From Flaccisagitta enflata (lineage: Eukaryota), in the NCBI GenBank assembly GCA_965153355.1, contig OZ231126.1:22816001-22880000 (forward strand): a stretch of 64,000 bases of DNA, given 5' to 3'. The notes under the pieces are model-generated. The model saw nothing but the letters and a program-made list of their open reading frames with translations, was not told where the DNA came from and searched no databases. A program made the position numbers and the translations under genes. Positions 38,913 through 53,900 of the stretch are shown piece after piece (position 1 is the stretch's first letter; each line of letters starts with the position of its first letter).

Positions 38913-39027
38913 AGTGATGATGATGATGATGATGATGATGATCATGATGATGATCATGATGATGATCATGATGTGACTATGATGATAATGATGATGTGCT
39001 GATAATGAAGCTGTGGTGATGGTGATA

Positions 39028-39074
<47 letters not shown>

Positions 39075-39175
39075 AATGATGATGACGACGATGATGACGA
39101 CGACGATGATGACGTTGACGATGTTTATATGATGATAATGATGATGTTAATGATGATAATGATGATGATGATGAC
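38526..39175. repeat. Imperfect (GAT)n microsatellite
   Basis: Directly visible. Confidence 0.95.
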
Positions 39176-39836
39176 GTAAATACACACCTAAGTTTTTAAC
39201 AAAACTTTTTTTTACGAATTCAATCTACCAGACGCGCGCCTTAGGAAAAAGTTAGAAATGTTGATTGATAGAAGTAAATGCAGCCTGCTTGCAAAATCTC
39301 GTCGCAAAAGTCAAAATTGAAAATAAAAAGAATGTCGGAGGCGTTTATGATGAAATATATGACAGCTTTTATTTGTATTGCTCCAGCTACAGTAAAGGAT
39401 TAATTCAATTGGAAATTTTGAGTCTAATTGATTTGAAAAACGTCAAACAGCATATCTTTTTTTATATTCGATGAAAAAAAGAAAGTCACCCACTTTCATT
39501 GTCCGTTAGACCAATTCACTAGCATGGAACAAGAACTAGATACTTCTGTGTCAAAAAAATGCTGACCAAAAAAGAGCCTTGAACCGTTAAGCGGATTATA
39601 CACAATAAAACAAATCTAATCTATATCCTTGTGATTAGAGACCAATGGCTTCCCTCCATACCACTTAACTCTTTGATTCTGGTACTGTAGGTAAGGGGTC
39701 AGAAAGGGAATATTTTCCTTAGGAAAAATAAAGGAAAAAGTCACTTTTTTGGGGACTTCGGCACATACATTATACGAATTTTTTGGAGCATTTGAATTTG
39801 AATTTGAATTTGAATTTGAAATAACTCCTTAAAATA

Positions 39837-40967
39837 TCACGGTATATCTTCAATCGGCGTAACGATTCTAAACGCGTTATTTCCGCTCGTCGTAATTCTC
39901 TCCCACATTCTGAAGTTCCTGAGAGAGATCCATCCGTCGGTCGGACCGCCGTAATTGTTAAGGATTCGCATTCCTAAACATCGAAACTTGGCTTTCATTC
40001 CTTTCTTGACTTTGCAGTATTTGACTTGCCAATAATCGCGCCATTTCTGGTCGGAGTTGTCTTCGCAGAGAACGGTCCACGCGGCGTCGTCGTTACAAAG
40101 AGCGTCGTTAGAACCGATGAATTCGAAGGAGGTCGGTGCTCGTTGGGTTTTCAAGCCCGTCTGGGCCGGTTGGAAGGACATCTACAAAACATTGCAAATG
40201 GGGAAGAAGAATAAAGAGGAGGATGAGATGGATTGATGGTGCTGTTGCAGATTATGAGCTGCCGTATATGTAGAATCAGTATTATTTTACCATGGTGTAT
40301 AGATAACGCCACTCGAAGTGAAGAAATAGAGGTACTTTTAGAGGATAAATCTATTTATACAACAACAATAGATCATCATTTCACAAAAAAAATTGGAACG
40401 ATTCCAAGACGATGAAATAAAAAGAGCGTTTCTTTATTGAATCATTCATTGACATTGGCAGGGAGTAAAATTTCAATTCATAAGTTGGATTCAGTGATAG
40501 AACTGCCAATCAAATAAGGATTTTGGTTCATCGTATAAATGCTTCTGAATGCTCTTTCTAAAAAACAAGGCCGGATACACGGCCAATACCAGTCGGGGAC
40601 GGGTGGGCAGGGGCGGAAATGCGCGTTTTCGCACTCTCTCAACTCGATCACCACGGACCGACCAACCAACCAACCGACGGACGGACGGACGGACAAAGCC
40701 TCTTATAGAGTCGCTAGTCCGCGACTAAAAAAGGGTCAGACTACAACCATGCATCTTTTTCACCTCAGCTGGGGTCACAGTCCTGGATTTGAAGTCGTAC
40801 CAAATCATGATGGGAAGTCTGCCTGGAACTCCGCTCTGCCAACCGTGATTGATCGGAAGCTTCGGCCTGAAGGCGTTCTCGGCATTCCAGAAGGTGGAAT
40901 GCGTCGACGAAGCACCGGCAACACCGCCGACGAACTTCACTTCCTTAATACGGTATACTGTGAAGTG

Positions 40968-41044
<77 letters not shown>

Positions 41045-41213
41045 AATCTTTGCCTCTATTTTCCCAAATAACACCTATGACAATGACATAACTTGATAGG
41101 GAGCGAATGTAGACGCACATATTCTAGAACTCACCTGGAGATAAATAGGCACATTTTTCTAATGCGGCTGACTTCACAAAATATATCAATATAAACCAAA
41201 CCGATAATTCCAT
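39837..41213 (-). CDS. Secreted F5/8-type-C (discoidin)-like domain protein, 205 aa (paralogue 3); exons 41213-41135, 40957-40764, 40181-39837
   Basis: GT-AG introns, phases 1/0, and 79+194+345=618 nt is open. Signal-like MELSVWFILIYFVKSAA. Domain reads GASSTHSTFWNAENAF...GWQSG...PIMIWYDF...PAE|MSFQPAQ...RAPTSFEFIGSND...WTVLC...FRCLGMRIL...LRNFRMWE. Confidence 0.85.
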
Positions 41214-43004
41214 GGTTGACGATCTCTCTAATTACTTTGATTTTTTTTTTCTTAGTTTTGCAATTCCGTTCAGTGTAAAAAGTTAATGTGAAGTCAAGGG
41301 CGGTGAATACTGTAAATATATTCTTATTACGCCCGAGAAAAGATGATCCGGAAGTTATTTAGATTTTAACGAGTCTACTCTCTTGTAAAATGCAAACCCG
41401 TTTTAAACCTTTTTTTACAGTAATGAAATGCCTAATCGCCGCGCAAGATTTTCATGGTCCGTTATTTTCCTCTGTTTGGGACCATCGTTGGAATTGACTG
41501 CACTTTTTGAATCGCTGAATTCGTCATAAGTTACCCTGAAGTAGCTAACTCCGTAAATTAACTACAAGGACAGGAAACTGAATATTCATTATTACCGTAG
41601 CTGCAATCATTTTACAACACTAATGACTTATTGCATAGGTCGTGACGAATATATGGCGAAAAAAATCACTACGAGACCGTATATTCAATGGACTAGTCTG
41701 AATATTAAGGTTGTCCAAAATTTAGGCCCTTAAAGGGTTGACGGAAAAAGGTTTTCCTGTACCTCATTTCATTTTTTATGACCGATTTTAAAGTCCAAGT
41801 CTGAGAAAGAAATTATTTCTCGATGAGGTAAAGTTCAAAAGCCGTAAAGAAATTGTTCCTTATCGACAACAAGGGAACTTTTTTAGGCAAAATCATCGTT
41901 TATGATCTGGCAAATATTTGAGATACCAGTGATGGCAGCTGTCGCCGTGAGGAAAAAAGTCGTAAGCATTGGTCACTTTTTACCATGCTTTTATCTTCAG
42001 TTACTGATTTTTTTTTTTTTTTTTTTTTTGTGAAACTGAAAATTAAAGAAAAATAGGACTAAGCCAAATGAACTAGACGCGCTCAAATATTCTAAATTAT
42101 TCATCCAGACAACCAGCTTTGCTCACTGACATGATTTTTTGTATTTCACATTCTTAAATTAAAACATTAATTAATTTATCCTATTTAAAATCAGAGAAAA
42201 AACGCAAGCTAAATGAGCTAAATGAGCTAGAATACTTAAAAACGCCCTCACAGATGAGCAGCTCTGCTCACTAATATGTTTTTTTTTTATTTGCTTGCTT
42301 AATCAAGTATAAAATTTTTTATTCTTTTATCATATTTGAAACCAGAAAGAAAAGAATGAGCTAACTGAGCTAAATGAGCTAAAATGCTCAAAAACGCCCT
42401 GACAGATGAGCAGCTGTGCTCATAAACATGTTTTTTTATATTTGCATGCTCAAGTAAATATAACACTCCTTTATTGATCCTACACAAAATCATAAAAAAT
42501 AAAAAAAAATCTTATTCAAATTTTTCGCAAATAAATTTTTAAAAAATCATAGCGCAAAAAATATTTGTCATAGAGCATTCTGCTTGGCGCCAAATGAAAG
42601 AGAATTATCAAATTTACTTACCCTATCAATTTCATTGGAGGCCATAATTGGTCGGTGGAGATGCCCAACTTCTGCATAAGAAAATGAAAACCCTGTTTCT
42701 CTCGAATATGTCAAAAAGTCGAAGACTGACTTCGACTTTTTTCCTGATGATTTACGATTATGATTTTTAATCGCATGAACGGGATTCTACAACCCGCTCT
42801 GTCCGTCGGTCGATCTGTCTGTCTGTCGGTCGGTCACGCTTAGCTTTTTTTGCCGCTCCTGCCCACCCGCATGCGACTAAGGTAGCCGTGTATCCGGCCT
42901 TGTTAGTTTCTTCTTTGAATTTGAAATTGAAATTGAGTTGAAACGCAAAAATTGCCTCCAGTCCACTTGAAAATTTCCTACCCCGACACGGAGGGGATCC
43001 CGAC

Positions 43005-45105
43005 ATTTTCAATGATTTTCGAAAATCATCGAAGTTCGATGATTTTTGGCTATAGAGCCTCTCCAAGAGAAAAATCATCGAACTTCGATGATTTTCAAAA
43101 ATCATCGAAGTTCGATGATTTTTTGCTATATAGAGCCTCTCCAAGGGAAGAATCATCGAACTTCGATGATTTTCAAAAATCATCGAACTTCGATGATTTT
43201 CTCCTTAAAGAGACTCCATAGACAAAAATCATCGAACTTCGATGATTTTTGAAAATCATTGAAGTTCAATGATTTTTTGCTACGGAGTCTCTAAGGAAAA
43301 TCATCGAACTTCAATGATTTTCAAAAATCATCGAACTTCGATGATTTTTGCTATAGCCTCTCTAAGAGAAAATCATCGAACTTCGATGATTTTGAAAATC
43401 ATCAAACTTCGATGATTTTTTGCTTTAGAGTCTCTTTAAGGGAAAATCATCGTTCGATGATTTTTAAAATCATCAATTCGATGATTTTTGCAGTCGAGAT
43501 AAGTTCGATGATTTTTCGAAGAAAACTCCATGATTTTTGAAGAATCATACTTCGATGATTTTCCAAGAGCTTCGATGATTTTTGAAAATTGAACCGATGA
43601 TTTTGAAAATCAAGAAACTTCGATGATTTTTGAATCGAAGTTCAATGATTTTTGAAAATCATCGAAGTTCGATGATTTTCAAAAATCATCGAAATTCGAT
43701 GATAATTTGCTATGGAGTCTCTCTAAAGAGAAAATCATCGAACTTCGATGATTTTTGAAAATCATCAAACTTCGATGATTTTTTGCTATAGAGCCTCTCC
43801 AAGGGAAATTATCATCGAACATTCAATGATTTATGAAAATCATCGCATGTTTGTTGATTTTTTACTATGCAGTCTCTCTAAAGAGATCATTGAAGTTCGA
43901 TGATTTTTCCCAAGAAGAAAACTTCGATGATTTTTCCTAAGAAGAAAACTTCGATGATTTTTCCTAAGAAGAAAACTTCAATGATTTTTCCTAAGAAGAA
44001 AACTCCGATGATTTTTCCTAAGAAGAAAACTTCGATGATTTTTCCTAAGAAACACTTTCTAGCCACAATCAAGAGAAATGCTGCTGGGCTGCTGCTCTGC
44101 ATGGTTCAAGACACCTCCCATATTACAATGCCTTAGTGAAGCATATACTGCTGCATGAGTCTCCATTACAAAGTAATATAAATATATATTTAGGGAAGGT
44201 TGGGGCTATAAGGCAGGGGTTTAAAAAGGGGATTTAGCAGCAGAGCAGTATTTTGCAGCAGGGTGCACAGGAGGTACAACAGAGCAGCATCTAGAATTTC
44301 ATCGAACGTTCGATGATTTTCAAAAATCATCGAACTTCGATGATTTTTGAAAATCATCGAACTTCGATGATTTTTAAAAATCATCGAACTTCGATGATTT
44401 TTAAAAATCATCGAACTTCGATGATTTTTGAAAATCATCGAACTTCGATGATTTTTGAAAATCATCGAACTTTGATGATTTTTTGCTATAGAGCCTCTCC
44501 AAGGGAAATTATCATCGAACATTCAATGATTTATGAAAATCATCGAACGTTTGTTGATTTTTTACTATGCAGTCTCTCTAAAGAGATCGTTGAAGTTCGA
44601 TGATTTTTCCTAAGAAGAAAACTTCGATGATTTTTCCTAAGAAGAAAACTTCGATGATTTTTCCTAAGAGGAAAACTTCGATGATTTTTCCTAAGAAGAA
44701 AACTTCGATGATTTTCCCTAAGGAAGAAACTTCGATGATTTTTCCTAAGGAAGAAACTTCGATGATTTTGCCAAAGAAGAAAACTTCGATGATTTTTCCT
44801 AGGAAACTCTTTCTAGCCACAAACCAAAGTGCTGCTGGGCTGCTGGGCTGCTGCTCTACATGGTCCAAGACACCTCCCATATTACAATGCCTTATTGAAG
44901 CATATACTGCTGCATGAGTCTCCATTGCAAACTAATATAATAATATATTTAGGGAAGGTTGGGGCTATAAGGCAGGGGTTTAAAAAGGGGATTTAGCAGC
45001 AGAGCAGTATTTGGCAGTAGAAAACACAGCAGCCGCTTCAGCGCAGATTCAAAGTCAATGATTTTCAAAAATCATCGAAACTCGATGATTTTCAAAAATC
45101 ATGGA
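43005..45105. repeat. Array of palindromic AAAATCATCGAANTTCGATGATTTT units and derived 27/30-bp repeats, with a ~700-bp higher-order duplication
   Basis: Units are directly visible; gagcctctccaagggaaattatcatcgaacattc occurs at both 43791 and 44491. Confidence 0.9.
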
Positions 45106-45408
45106 ACTTTGTCATTTGTCCCAGGGACAATCTATGATGCTCGATCTAGAGAGAATCCTGGACACTTATCCCAGAGACAATTCATGACACATGATTATAG
45201 ACAATCATATTTGTCCCAGGGACAAAAACACTTTGGCCAGGGACAATCCATGAAACTTGTTTCAGGGACAATCCATGACACTCCAGGGACAATATATGAC
45301 TTGTCCAAAGTACAATCCTACAATCCTACATTTCTACTAGGGACAATCCATGTTGCAGCAGAGCAATACCCCCCCCAAAAAAAGATTGAAGTTTGTACAA
45401 TGTATTGC

Positions 45409-45745
45409 TATTGTCCCATTGTACGTTATTGTCCCATTGTACGTTATTGTCCCATTGTACGTTATTGTCCCATTGTACGTTATTGTCCCATTGTACGTTA
45501 TTGTCCCATTGTCATCATAGTATGTTATTGTCCCATTGTATGTTATTGTCCCATTGTACGTTATTGTCCCATTGTACGTTATTGTCCCATTGTACGTTAT
45601 TGTCCCATTGTACGTTATTGTCCTTTTGCATTGTTAGTCTTATTATATTGTAATTGTCCCATTATATTGTTATTGTCCCATTATATCTTAATGGTCCCAT
45701 TGTTATTATCTCATTATATTGTCAGTGTCCCATTGTCCCATTGTT
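45409..45745. repeat. 18-bp minisatellite (TTATTGTCCCATTGTACG)
   Basis: Directly visible. Confidence 0.9.
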
Positions 45746-45887
45746 GGTTTTGTTGAGTTTTAGGACCATGTGATGATGATAATTTGAAAAACTGAAGAGG
45801 ACGACCTTGACACTTGACAGAAGAGGAAAACCATGACACTATTGGTGAGTAAGTAGCTGATTTTATCCATCCATTGGTTTATGCTCC

Positions 45888-46612
45888 ACTCAATTGAAGG
45901 CAACAAACAATCTTGACACTCAATTGAGGAAGGCGACAACCTTTAATCTCAATTGAGGAAAGCAACAACCTTGACACTCAATTGAGGAAAGCGACAACCT
46001 TGACACTCAATTGAGGAAAGCGACAACTTTGACACTCAATTGAGGAAAGCGACAACCTTGACACTCAATTGAGGAAAGCGACAACCTTGACACTCAATTA
46101 AAGACACAGCAACCTTGAAACTCAATTGAGGAAGGCGACAGCCTTGACACTCAATTGAGGAAGGCGACAGCCTTGACACTCAATTGAGGAAGGCGACAGC
46201 CTTGACACTCAATTGAGGAAGGCGACAGCCTTGACACTCAATTGAGGAAGGCGACAGCCTTGACACTCAATTGAGGAAGGCGACAGCCTTGACACTCAAT
46301 TGAGGGAGGCGGACAGCCTTGACACTCAATTGAGGAAGGCGGACAGCCTTGACACTCAATTGAGGAAGCGGACAACCTTGACACTCATTTGAGGAAGCGG
46401 ACAACCTTGACACTCATTTGAGGAACCGGACAACCTTGATATTAGTTTGAGGAAGTGGATAACATTGGCAATCAATTGAGGAAGCAGATAATCTTGACAC
46501 TTGTTTGAGGAAGCGGACAACCTTGGCAACTCAATTGAGGAAGCGGACAACATTGAAAATTGATCAAGGGAGTTAACAATCACAACACTCAAATGAGAAA
46601 GTGGACAACCTC
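45888..46612. repeat. 29/30-bp minisatellite (CTCAATTGAGGAAGGCGACAGCCTTGACA)
   Basis: Directly visible. Confidence 0.9.
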
Positions 46613-46759
46613 AACAGATTAAGGAAGCAGTTGCGGACTGCCCCAACATGATGGATGGAGACTTAGTTATGGTAGTTGGCACATTGCCATGAGAGTTGGG
46701 ACATTGTTATTGACAAGAGTTGGGACATTGTCATTGACAAGGGTTGGGAACATTATCAT

Positions 46760-48196
46760 CAATGAGAGTTAGGGACTTCTTCATTGATTGGAGTTAGGGA
46801 CTTCTTCATTGATTGGAGTTAGGGACTTCTTCATTGATTGGAGTTAGGGACTTCTTCATTGATTGGAGTTAGGGACTTCTTCATTGATGGGAGTTGGGGA
46901 CATCGTCATTGATGGGAGTTGGGGACATCGTCATTGATGGGAGTTAGGGACATTGTCATCGATGAGAGTTAGGGACATCCTCATCAATGAGACTTAGGGA
47001 CATCCTCATCAATGAGACTTAGGGACATCCTCATCAATGAGACTTAGGGACATCCTCATCAATGAGACTTAGGGACATCCTCATCAATGAGACTTAGGGA
47101 CATCCTCATCAATGAGACTTAGGGACATCCTCATCAATGAGACTTAGGGACATCCTCATCAATGAGACTTAGGGACATCCTCATCAATGAGACTTAGGGA
47201 CATCCTCATCAATGAGACTTAGGGACATCGTCATCAATGAGACTTAGGGACATCGTCATCAATGAGACTTAGGGACATCGTCATCAATGAGACTTAGGGA
47301 CATCGTCATCAATGAGACTTAGGGACATCGTCATCAATGAGACTTAGGGACATCGTCATCAATGAGACTTAGGGACATCGTCATCAATGAGACTTAGGGA
47401 CATCGTCATCAATGAGACTTAGGGACATCGTCATCAATGAGACTTAGGGACATCGTCATCAATGAGACTTAGGGACATCGTCATCAATGAGACTTAGGGA
47501 CATCGTCATCAATGAGACTTAGGGACATCCTCATCAATGAGACTTAGGGACATCCTCATCAATGAGACTTAGGGACATCGTCATCAATGAGACTTAGGGA
47601 CATCGTCATCAATGAGACTTAGGGACATCGTCATCAATGAGACTTAGGGACATCGTCATCAATGAGACTTAGGGACATCGTCATCAATGAGACTTAGGGA
47701 CATCGTCATCAATGAGACTTAGGGACATCGTCATCAATGAGACTTAGGGACATCGTCATCAATGAGACTTAGGGACATCGTCATCAATGAGACTTAGGGA
47801 CATCGTCATCAATGAGACTTAGGGACATCGTCATCAATGAGACTTAGGGACATCGTCATCAATGAGACTTAGGGACATCGTCATCAATGAGACTTAGGGA
47901 CATCGTCATCAATGAGACTTAGGGACATTGTCATCAATGAGACTTAGGGACATCGTCATCAATGAGACTTAGGGACATCGTCATCAATGAGACTTAGGGA
48001 CATCGTCATCAATGAGACTTAGGGACATCGTCATCAACGAGACTTAGGGACATCGTCATCAACGAGACTTAGGGACATCGTCATCAACGAGACTTAGGGA
48101 CATCGTCATCAATGAGACTTAGGGACATCCTCATCAATGAGACTTAGGGACATCCTCATCAATGAGACTTAGGGACATCGTCATCAATGAGACTTG
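46760..48196. repeat. 25-bp minisatellite (GAGACTTAGGGACATCGTCATCAAT), ~49 near-identical copies from ~46965
   Basis: Directly visible, with period 25 and a C/G variant occurring in blocks. Confidence 0.95.
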
Positions 48197-48491
48197 GGAA
48201 GACATTGAGAAGACTCGGGGAAAACATCAGCGACAAGACTTGGGAAAACATTGACAAGACTCGGGAAAACGTCATTGACAGTATCCGGAATAAAAGCATT
48301 GACAAGAGCAGGGACTCAACAATGACGTTGTCCCCACACTCATAACTCATCAACATCTTTGTTCCCTCTTTCATAGGTATCATAGCCAAAGCGGTAAATG
48401 ACACTGTCACTACTTAAAAATAGTTTCTTTCTTTTCATTACTCTTGACAACCATGCCAAATACCAACATGCCCAGACATGACACTGAGAAT

Positions 48492-48587
<96 letters not shown>

Positions 48588-48664
48588 ATTACTCGACACC
48601 AAACCTGACACTGACACTCGGGCGCAGAAGATCTTCATATTTGAAGCATCCATGAAAGAGAGAA

Positions 48665-48731
<67 letters not shown>

Positions 48732-48840
48732 AGAGAGAACTCGACACTAACCCAGAAAGCAACACTGATGCTTGGGCATAAAAATCTTTGTCTCCAAAGC
48801 ATTGAAGCCATCCCAACCTATACTCAATATCACCAACAAC

Positions 48841-48878
<38 letters not shown>

Positions 48879-49025
48879 CTAGACATCAATAATCTCACCC
48901 TTCTCTACACCTCATCATCCCGACAATTGAATCTTCGGAGATTTGTTATATCTCTGATCTCCGAAACTACATAAAATTTTTAAAATCTACAAAACATTGG
49001 AGATGTTGATCTGGCCATAAAATGA

Positions 49026-49626
49026 TTGATTGAGGGACAAGTCAATTGAGGGCCGAGTTGATTGAGGGCCAAGTTGATTGAGGGACAAGTCTTTGGGACA
49101 AGTCAATGGTACAAGTCAATCGAGGGACGAGTCGTTTGAGGGACGAGTCGTTTGAGGGACGAGTCGTTTGAGGGACGAGTCGTTTGAGGGACGAGTCATT
49201 TTAGGGAAAAGTGGAATTAGGGACAAGTTGATTGAGGGACAAGTTGATTGAGGGACAAGTTGATTGAGGGACGAGTCGATTGAGGGACGAGTCAATTGAG
49301 GGACAAGTCAACTGAGGGACAAGTCAATTGAGGGACAAGTCAATTGAGGGACAAGTCAATTGAGGGACAAGTCAATTGAGGGACAAGTCAATTGAGGGAC
49401 AAGTCAATTGAGGGACAAGTCAATTGAGGGACAAGTCAATTGAGGGACAAGTCAATTGAGCGACAAGTCAATTGAGCGACAAGTCAATTGAGGGACAAGG
49501 CGATTGAGGGACGAGTCGATTGAGGGACAAGTCAATAGAGGGACGAGTCAATTAAGGGACGAGTCTATTGAGGGAAGAGTTGATTGAGGGACGAGTTGAA
49601 TGTTGGAAAAGTCGATTGAGGGACAA
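49026..49626. repeat. 16-bp minisatellite (GAGGGACAAGTCAATT)
   Basis: Directly visible. Confidence 0.9.
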
Positions 49627-49788
49627 TAATTATTCCTACCTACCTCGACACTTGATTAAAGTGGACAAATACACCCTCAAAACTTGATTGAAGGGGACAA
49701 CTCCGACACTTGATTGCAAAATCTTGGTCCATACAACTGCCAAAGTTATTCACATCCTTATCATCTTCATTATTATCATCCTTCACCA

Positions 49789-49826
<38 letters not shown>

Positions 49827-50143
49827 ATATCATCATCAAAAATATCATCTCCATCTTCAATGTTATAGAATTATCAATTCCATCATCCTTGACATTTTCA
49901 TTGACAAGTTGGGACATAGTCATTGACAAGAGTTGGGACAACGTCATTGACAAGAGTTGGGACAATGTCATTGACAAGTTGGGACAATGACATTGACAAG
50001 CTTGAACAAAATCATTGATAAGAGCTATTGACAAGAGTTGGGACAATGTCATTGACAAGAGTTACTATCTTGGAAAAAAGTTTATCGCATTATTGACGAT
50101 TTATGGATAAGATAATACAATTAACGTGTCCCTAACAATCTTG

Positions 50144-50455
50144 ATACTTGGTCATGTGCTCCATAACCTTTTCAGACACTCTCCTGCGTCTCAGCATGCT
50201 TTCGCACTGCATCTGAAGGTATGATAAGGTGATCTTCCCCCAGACTTTAGCAAGATTCTTTTCAGTCCTGCCATCCATGTTGCACATTTTCAACTTTGCC
50301 ATTACTTTAACTGGGACTATAGCAATTCAATCAGGTTGAGATCTGGGCAGTTTCTGAGCCCACTGGAGCAGTGTTTTACCTTTGACACTGTGCCTTTGAT
50401 GCCATTGCTTCCTTGAATCAGCCAGTGAGCGGGCGCACCATCTTCTATGAACCAT
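50144..50455 (-). mobile_element. Decayed Tc1/mariner transposase remnant (C-terminal half of the DDE domain)
   Basis: Frameshifted motifs in the correct order: WFIEDGAPAH, NCPDLNLIE (for NSPDLNPIE), VWGKIT..YLQ..CESMLRR, TKY. Confidence 0.8.
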
Positions 50456-51367
50456 GTTTCAAAAACGCCATTTCTATGCCATTTTTCTTAAGAGGTACCT
50501 TACTTCATTCAGCTCTCATTTCTAAACCGATTAGATGCACAGTAATGCGGTTGGCGCCAACTGCCAGCAAATTCGAAGACGTTTCAGAACCGCACCAATA
50601 TTTTTTAGATTTTTTTATTTTGTAAAGGAGGTATGAGGCTTTTAGTGATGCGATAAACTTTATTACAAGGTTGCAGGACAATATCATTGAAAAGAGTTGG
50701 GACAATGCTATTGACAAGAGTTGGGACAATGTCATTGGCAAGGATTGGGACAATGCCAAGAGTTGGGACAGTGCCACTGACAAGAGTTTGGATAATGTCA
50801 TGGATGAGAGTTGGATAAATGTCATCAAGACACGTTAATAACACGAGACAATGATAAGACTCGGGAAGACATTGAGAAGACTCGGGAAGACAGAGGACTC
50901 GGGAAAACGTCATTGAGCAGACTCAAGACTGGGGGGAAAACATAAGCAAGACTCAGTAGAATGTCATTGACAATATATGGGACAACAGCATTGACAATGG
51001 GACTCGACAATGGCGTTATCCCCACACTCTTTACTCATCAACATTTTTGTCCCCTCTTTCATAGGTCTCATAGCCAAAACAGTAAATGACACTGTCCCTC
51101 CTAAAACAGTCACTTTTTTAAGTTGCGTGCTATGCAACTCTACACCCCGCTATGTTGGTCCGTCGGTTGGTCAGTCCCCTTTTTACTTTTTTGGCGTTTT
51201 TTGAGCTTTGAGCATACGGCTCCTGCCCAGATGCCCTAGTGACCTTCTCCAGCACTGCTCCTGCCCACCCGCATGCGACTAGGGTAGCCGTGTATCCGGC
51301 CTTTTCATTACTCTTAACAACCATGCCAAATACCAACATGCCAAGACATAAAACATTGAGAATGACG

Positions 51368-51410
<43 letters not shown>

Positions 51411-51476
51411 CATAACTCCACCAAACCTGACATCGACACTGACACTCGGGCGCAGAAGATCATCACCTAAGCGTCC

Positions 51477-51566
<90 letters not shown>

Positions 51567-52534
51567 GATTTCAGCAAGAGGCTCACATGTCTAATTTCCA
51601 GACCAACGCAAGGCTGACATAGCAATATCAGTTCATTAGGGACTAGCAATTGATATTATTGCTATCAAATGTTGGGGGAGATATGATTGCTAAAAATTTG
51701 GTTTGTGAGAATACGCTGACTTTTTTTATCCCATTTAAACGTGTCCACCCAAGGTGGCGTTCGCTCTCTATTTTCCTGTAATAAATTGTAACAGTTCTTA
51801 ATTATCCCTTTGAGGCCCATTGAGTTGTTTTATTGATTATTTGAAGTCATCATGGCTGTTTGGTCATACTTGATTGATATTGTCTCGCCGAAAACATGAA
51901 CTGTCTAAATTTGTACTTTTTGAGCACCTGAAAGTGATTATGGAAAAGAAGGCAATTTCGGACAAATTTGAAGGGAATGGCATAACAAGTTAATTTCATC
52001 CTCATTAAGGGTGAAATAGTGGACTAATATGGGCTCAGATACGCCCCCATTTCACAAGAAAGACATCCCAAAAAAATCGCGCGAAAAAATTCAAAGATGG
52101 AAGAGTTATGATAAAATCTTGAATTTCGGACAATCACGGTTTTTCTACGATCTAATTGTCCCATCCACGTTAACTTAAGAAAATCATATTTTTTCATAAA
52201 AAGTGGAAATTTTGATAGCAATGGCCCTACGCTTGTTGGCCCTAACTAGTGGATTGCATACAAGATGAATTCCGCTTGTTTGTTTGTGTTTTCACACTCA
52301 AAGGGGAGAATATTTGAATTTAAGAAAACTACGGTTTTTCAGCAATTTTCACAAAAATCGTCGATTTTGCGTATCGGCCCAGATCAATAAGGATATCTCG
52401 CGCCATTAAGCTTTGGCAATACCAAAATCTAATCCCCCGGACATCGATGTTCATGATTCTGTCATAGTCAACCAGAAATATCTGATTCTAAAAATATGAT
52501 TTTTCAGGGCCAAGTGTGAGTCTGTTGCTGATAG

Positions 52535-52620
<86 letters not shown>

Positions 52621-52714
52621 ATGAACTCGACACCAACCCAGAAAGCTACACTGACCCTTGGCCATAAAAAAATCTTCATCTCCTAAAATTGAAGCCAATA
52701 TCACCAACGACAGA

Positions 52715-52807
<93 letters not shown>

Positions 52808-52809
<2 letters not shown>

Positions 52810-53375
52810 TTGACAAGAGTTGGGACAATGCCATTGACAAGAGTTGGGACAATGCCATAGACAGGAGTTGGGACAATGCCATTGAATAGTCGGGACAATG
52901 CCATTGACAAGAGTTGGGACAATGCCATTGACAAGAGTTGGGACAATGCCATTGACAAGAGTTGGGACAATGCCATTGACAAGAGTTGGGACAATGCCAT
53001 TGACAAGAGTTGGGACAATGCCATTGACAAGAGTTGGGACAATGCCATTGACAAGAGTTGGGACAATGCCATTGACAAGAGTTGGGACAATGCCATTGAC
53101 AAGAGTTGGGACAATGCCATTGACAAGAGTTGGGACAATGCCATTGACAAGAGTTGGGACAATGCCATTGACAAGAGTTGGGACTATGCCATTGACAAGA
53201 GTTGGGACTATGACATTGACAAGAGTTGGGACTATGACATTGACAAGAGTTGGGACAATGCCATTAACTAGAGTTGGGACAATGCCATTTACTAGAGTTG
53301 GGACAATCTCGTTGACTAGAGTAGGGACAATATACCATTCACAAGAGTTGGGACAATGTCATGGACAAGAGTTGG
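52808..53375. repeat. 24-bp minisatellite (GACAAGAGTTGGGACAATGCCATT)
   Basis: Directly visible; degenerate copies at ~46690, 49900-50060 and 50685-50825. Confidence 0.95.
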
Positions 53376-53665
53376 AAATCATTGATTTACAAGCCTAGAG
53401 AAAATGGAATTGACAATACTAGGGAATATGTCACGTGACCACATCACAAGACCACGTCACGTGACCACATCACAAGACCACGTCACGTGACCACATCACA
53501 TGACCACATCACATCCCTCAACGTACACATACCATAATAGATTGTCTGCGTTCGATGATTTCTTAATTTTCATCAGATGTTCGATCGCGTCACCTGATCG
53601 CATCATCTGATCGCGTCAAATCCCTCAATATCACCATTACAAATGATTGTAAGGTTGTCATGGTC

Positions 53666-53711
<46 letters not shown>

Positions 53712-53804
53712 ACTAACCCCAACACGACACCAACACTTGTGAAAATGCTTTTAGCCAGAAAAGGTCCAAGTCAAGGTCGCGGTCGCTGTCGCTGTCGCGG
53801 TCAT

Positions 53805-53900
<96 letters not shown>

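Noticed and set aside
43005-45105. Palindromic repeats with short variable linkers resembling CRISPR, and ORFs such as MIFPKKKTS/KNHRTSMIF
   Set aside because: The linkers are homologous to each other and the ORFs simply follow 27/30-bp periods.
46760-48196. CRISPR-like regular array
   Set aside because: The units are contiguous with no unique spacers, there are no cas genes, and the context is eukaryotic.
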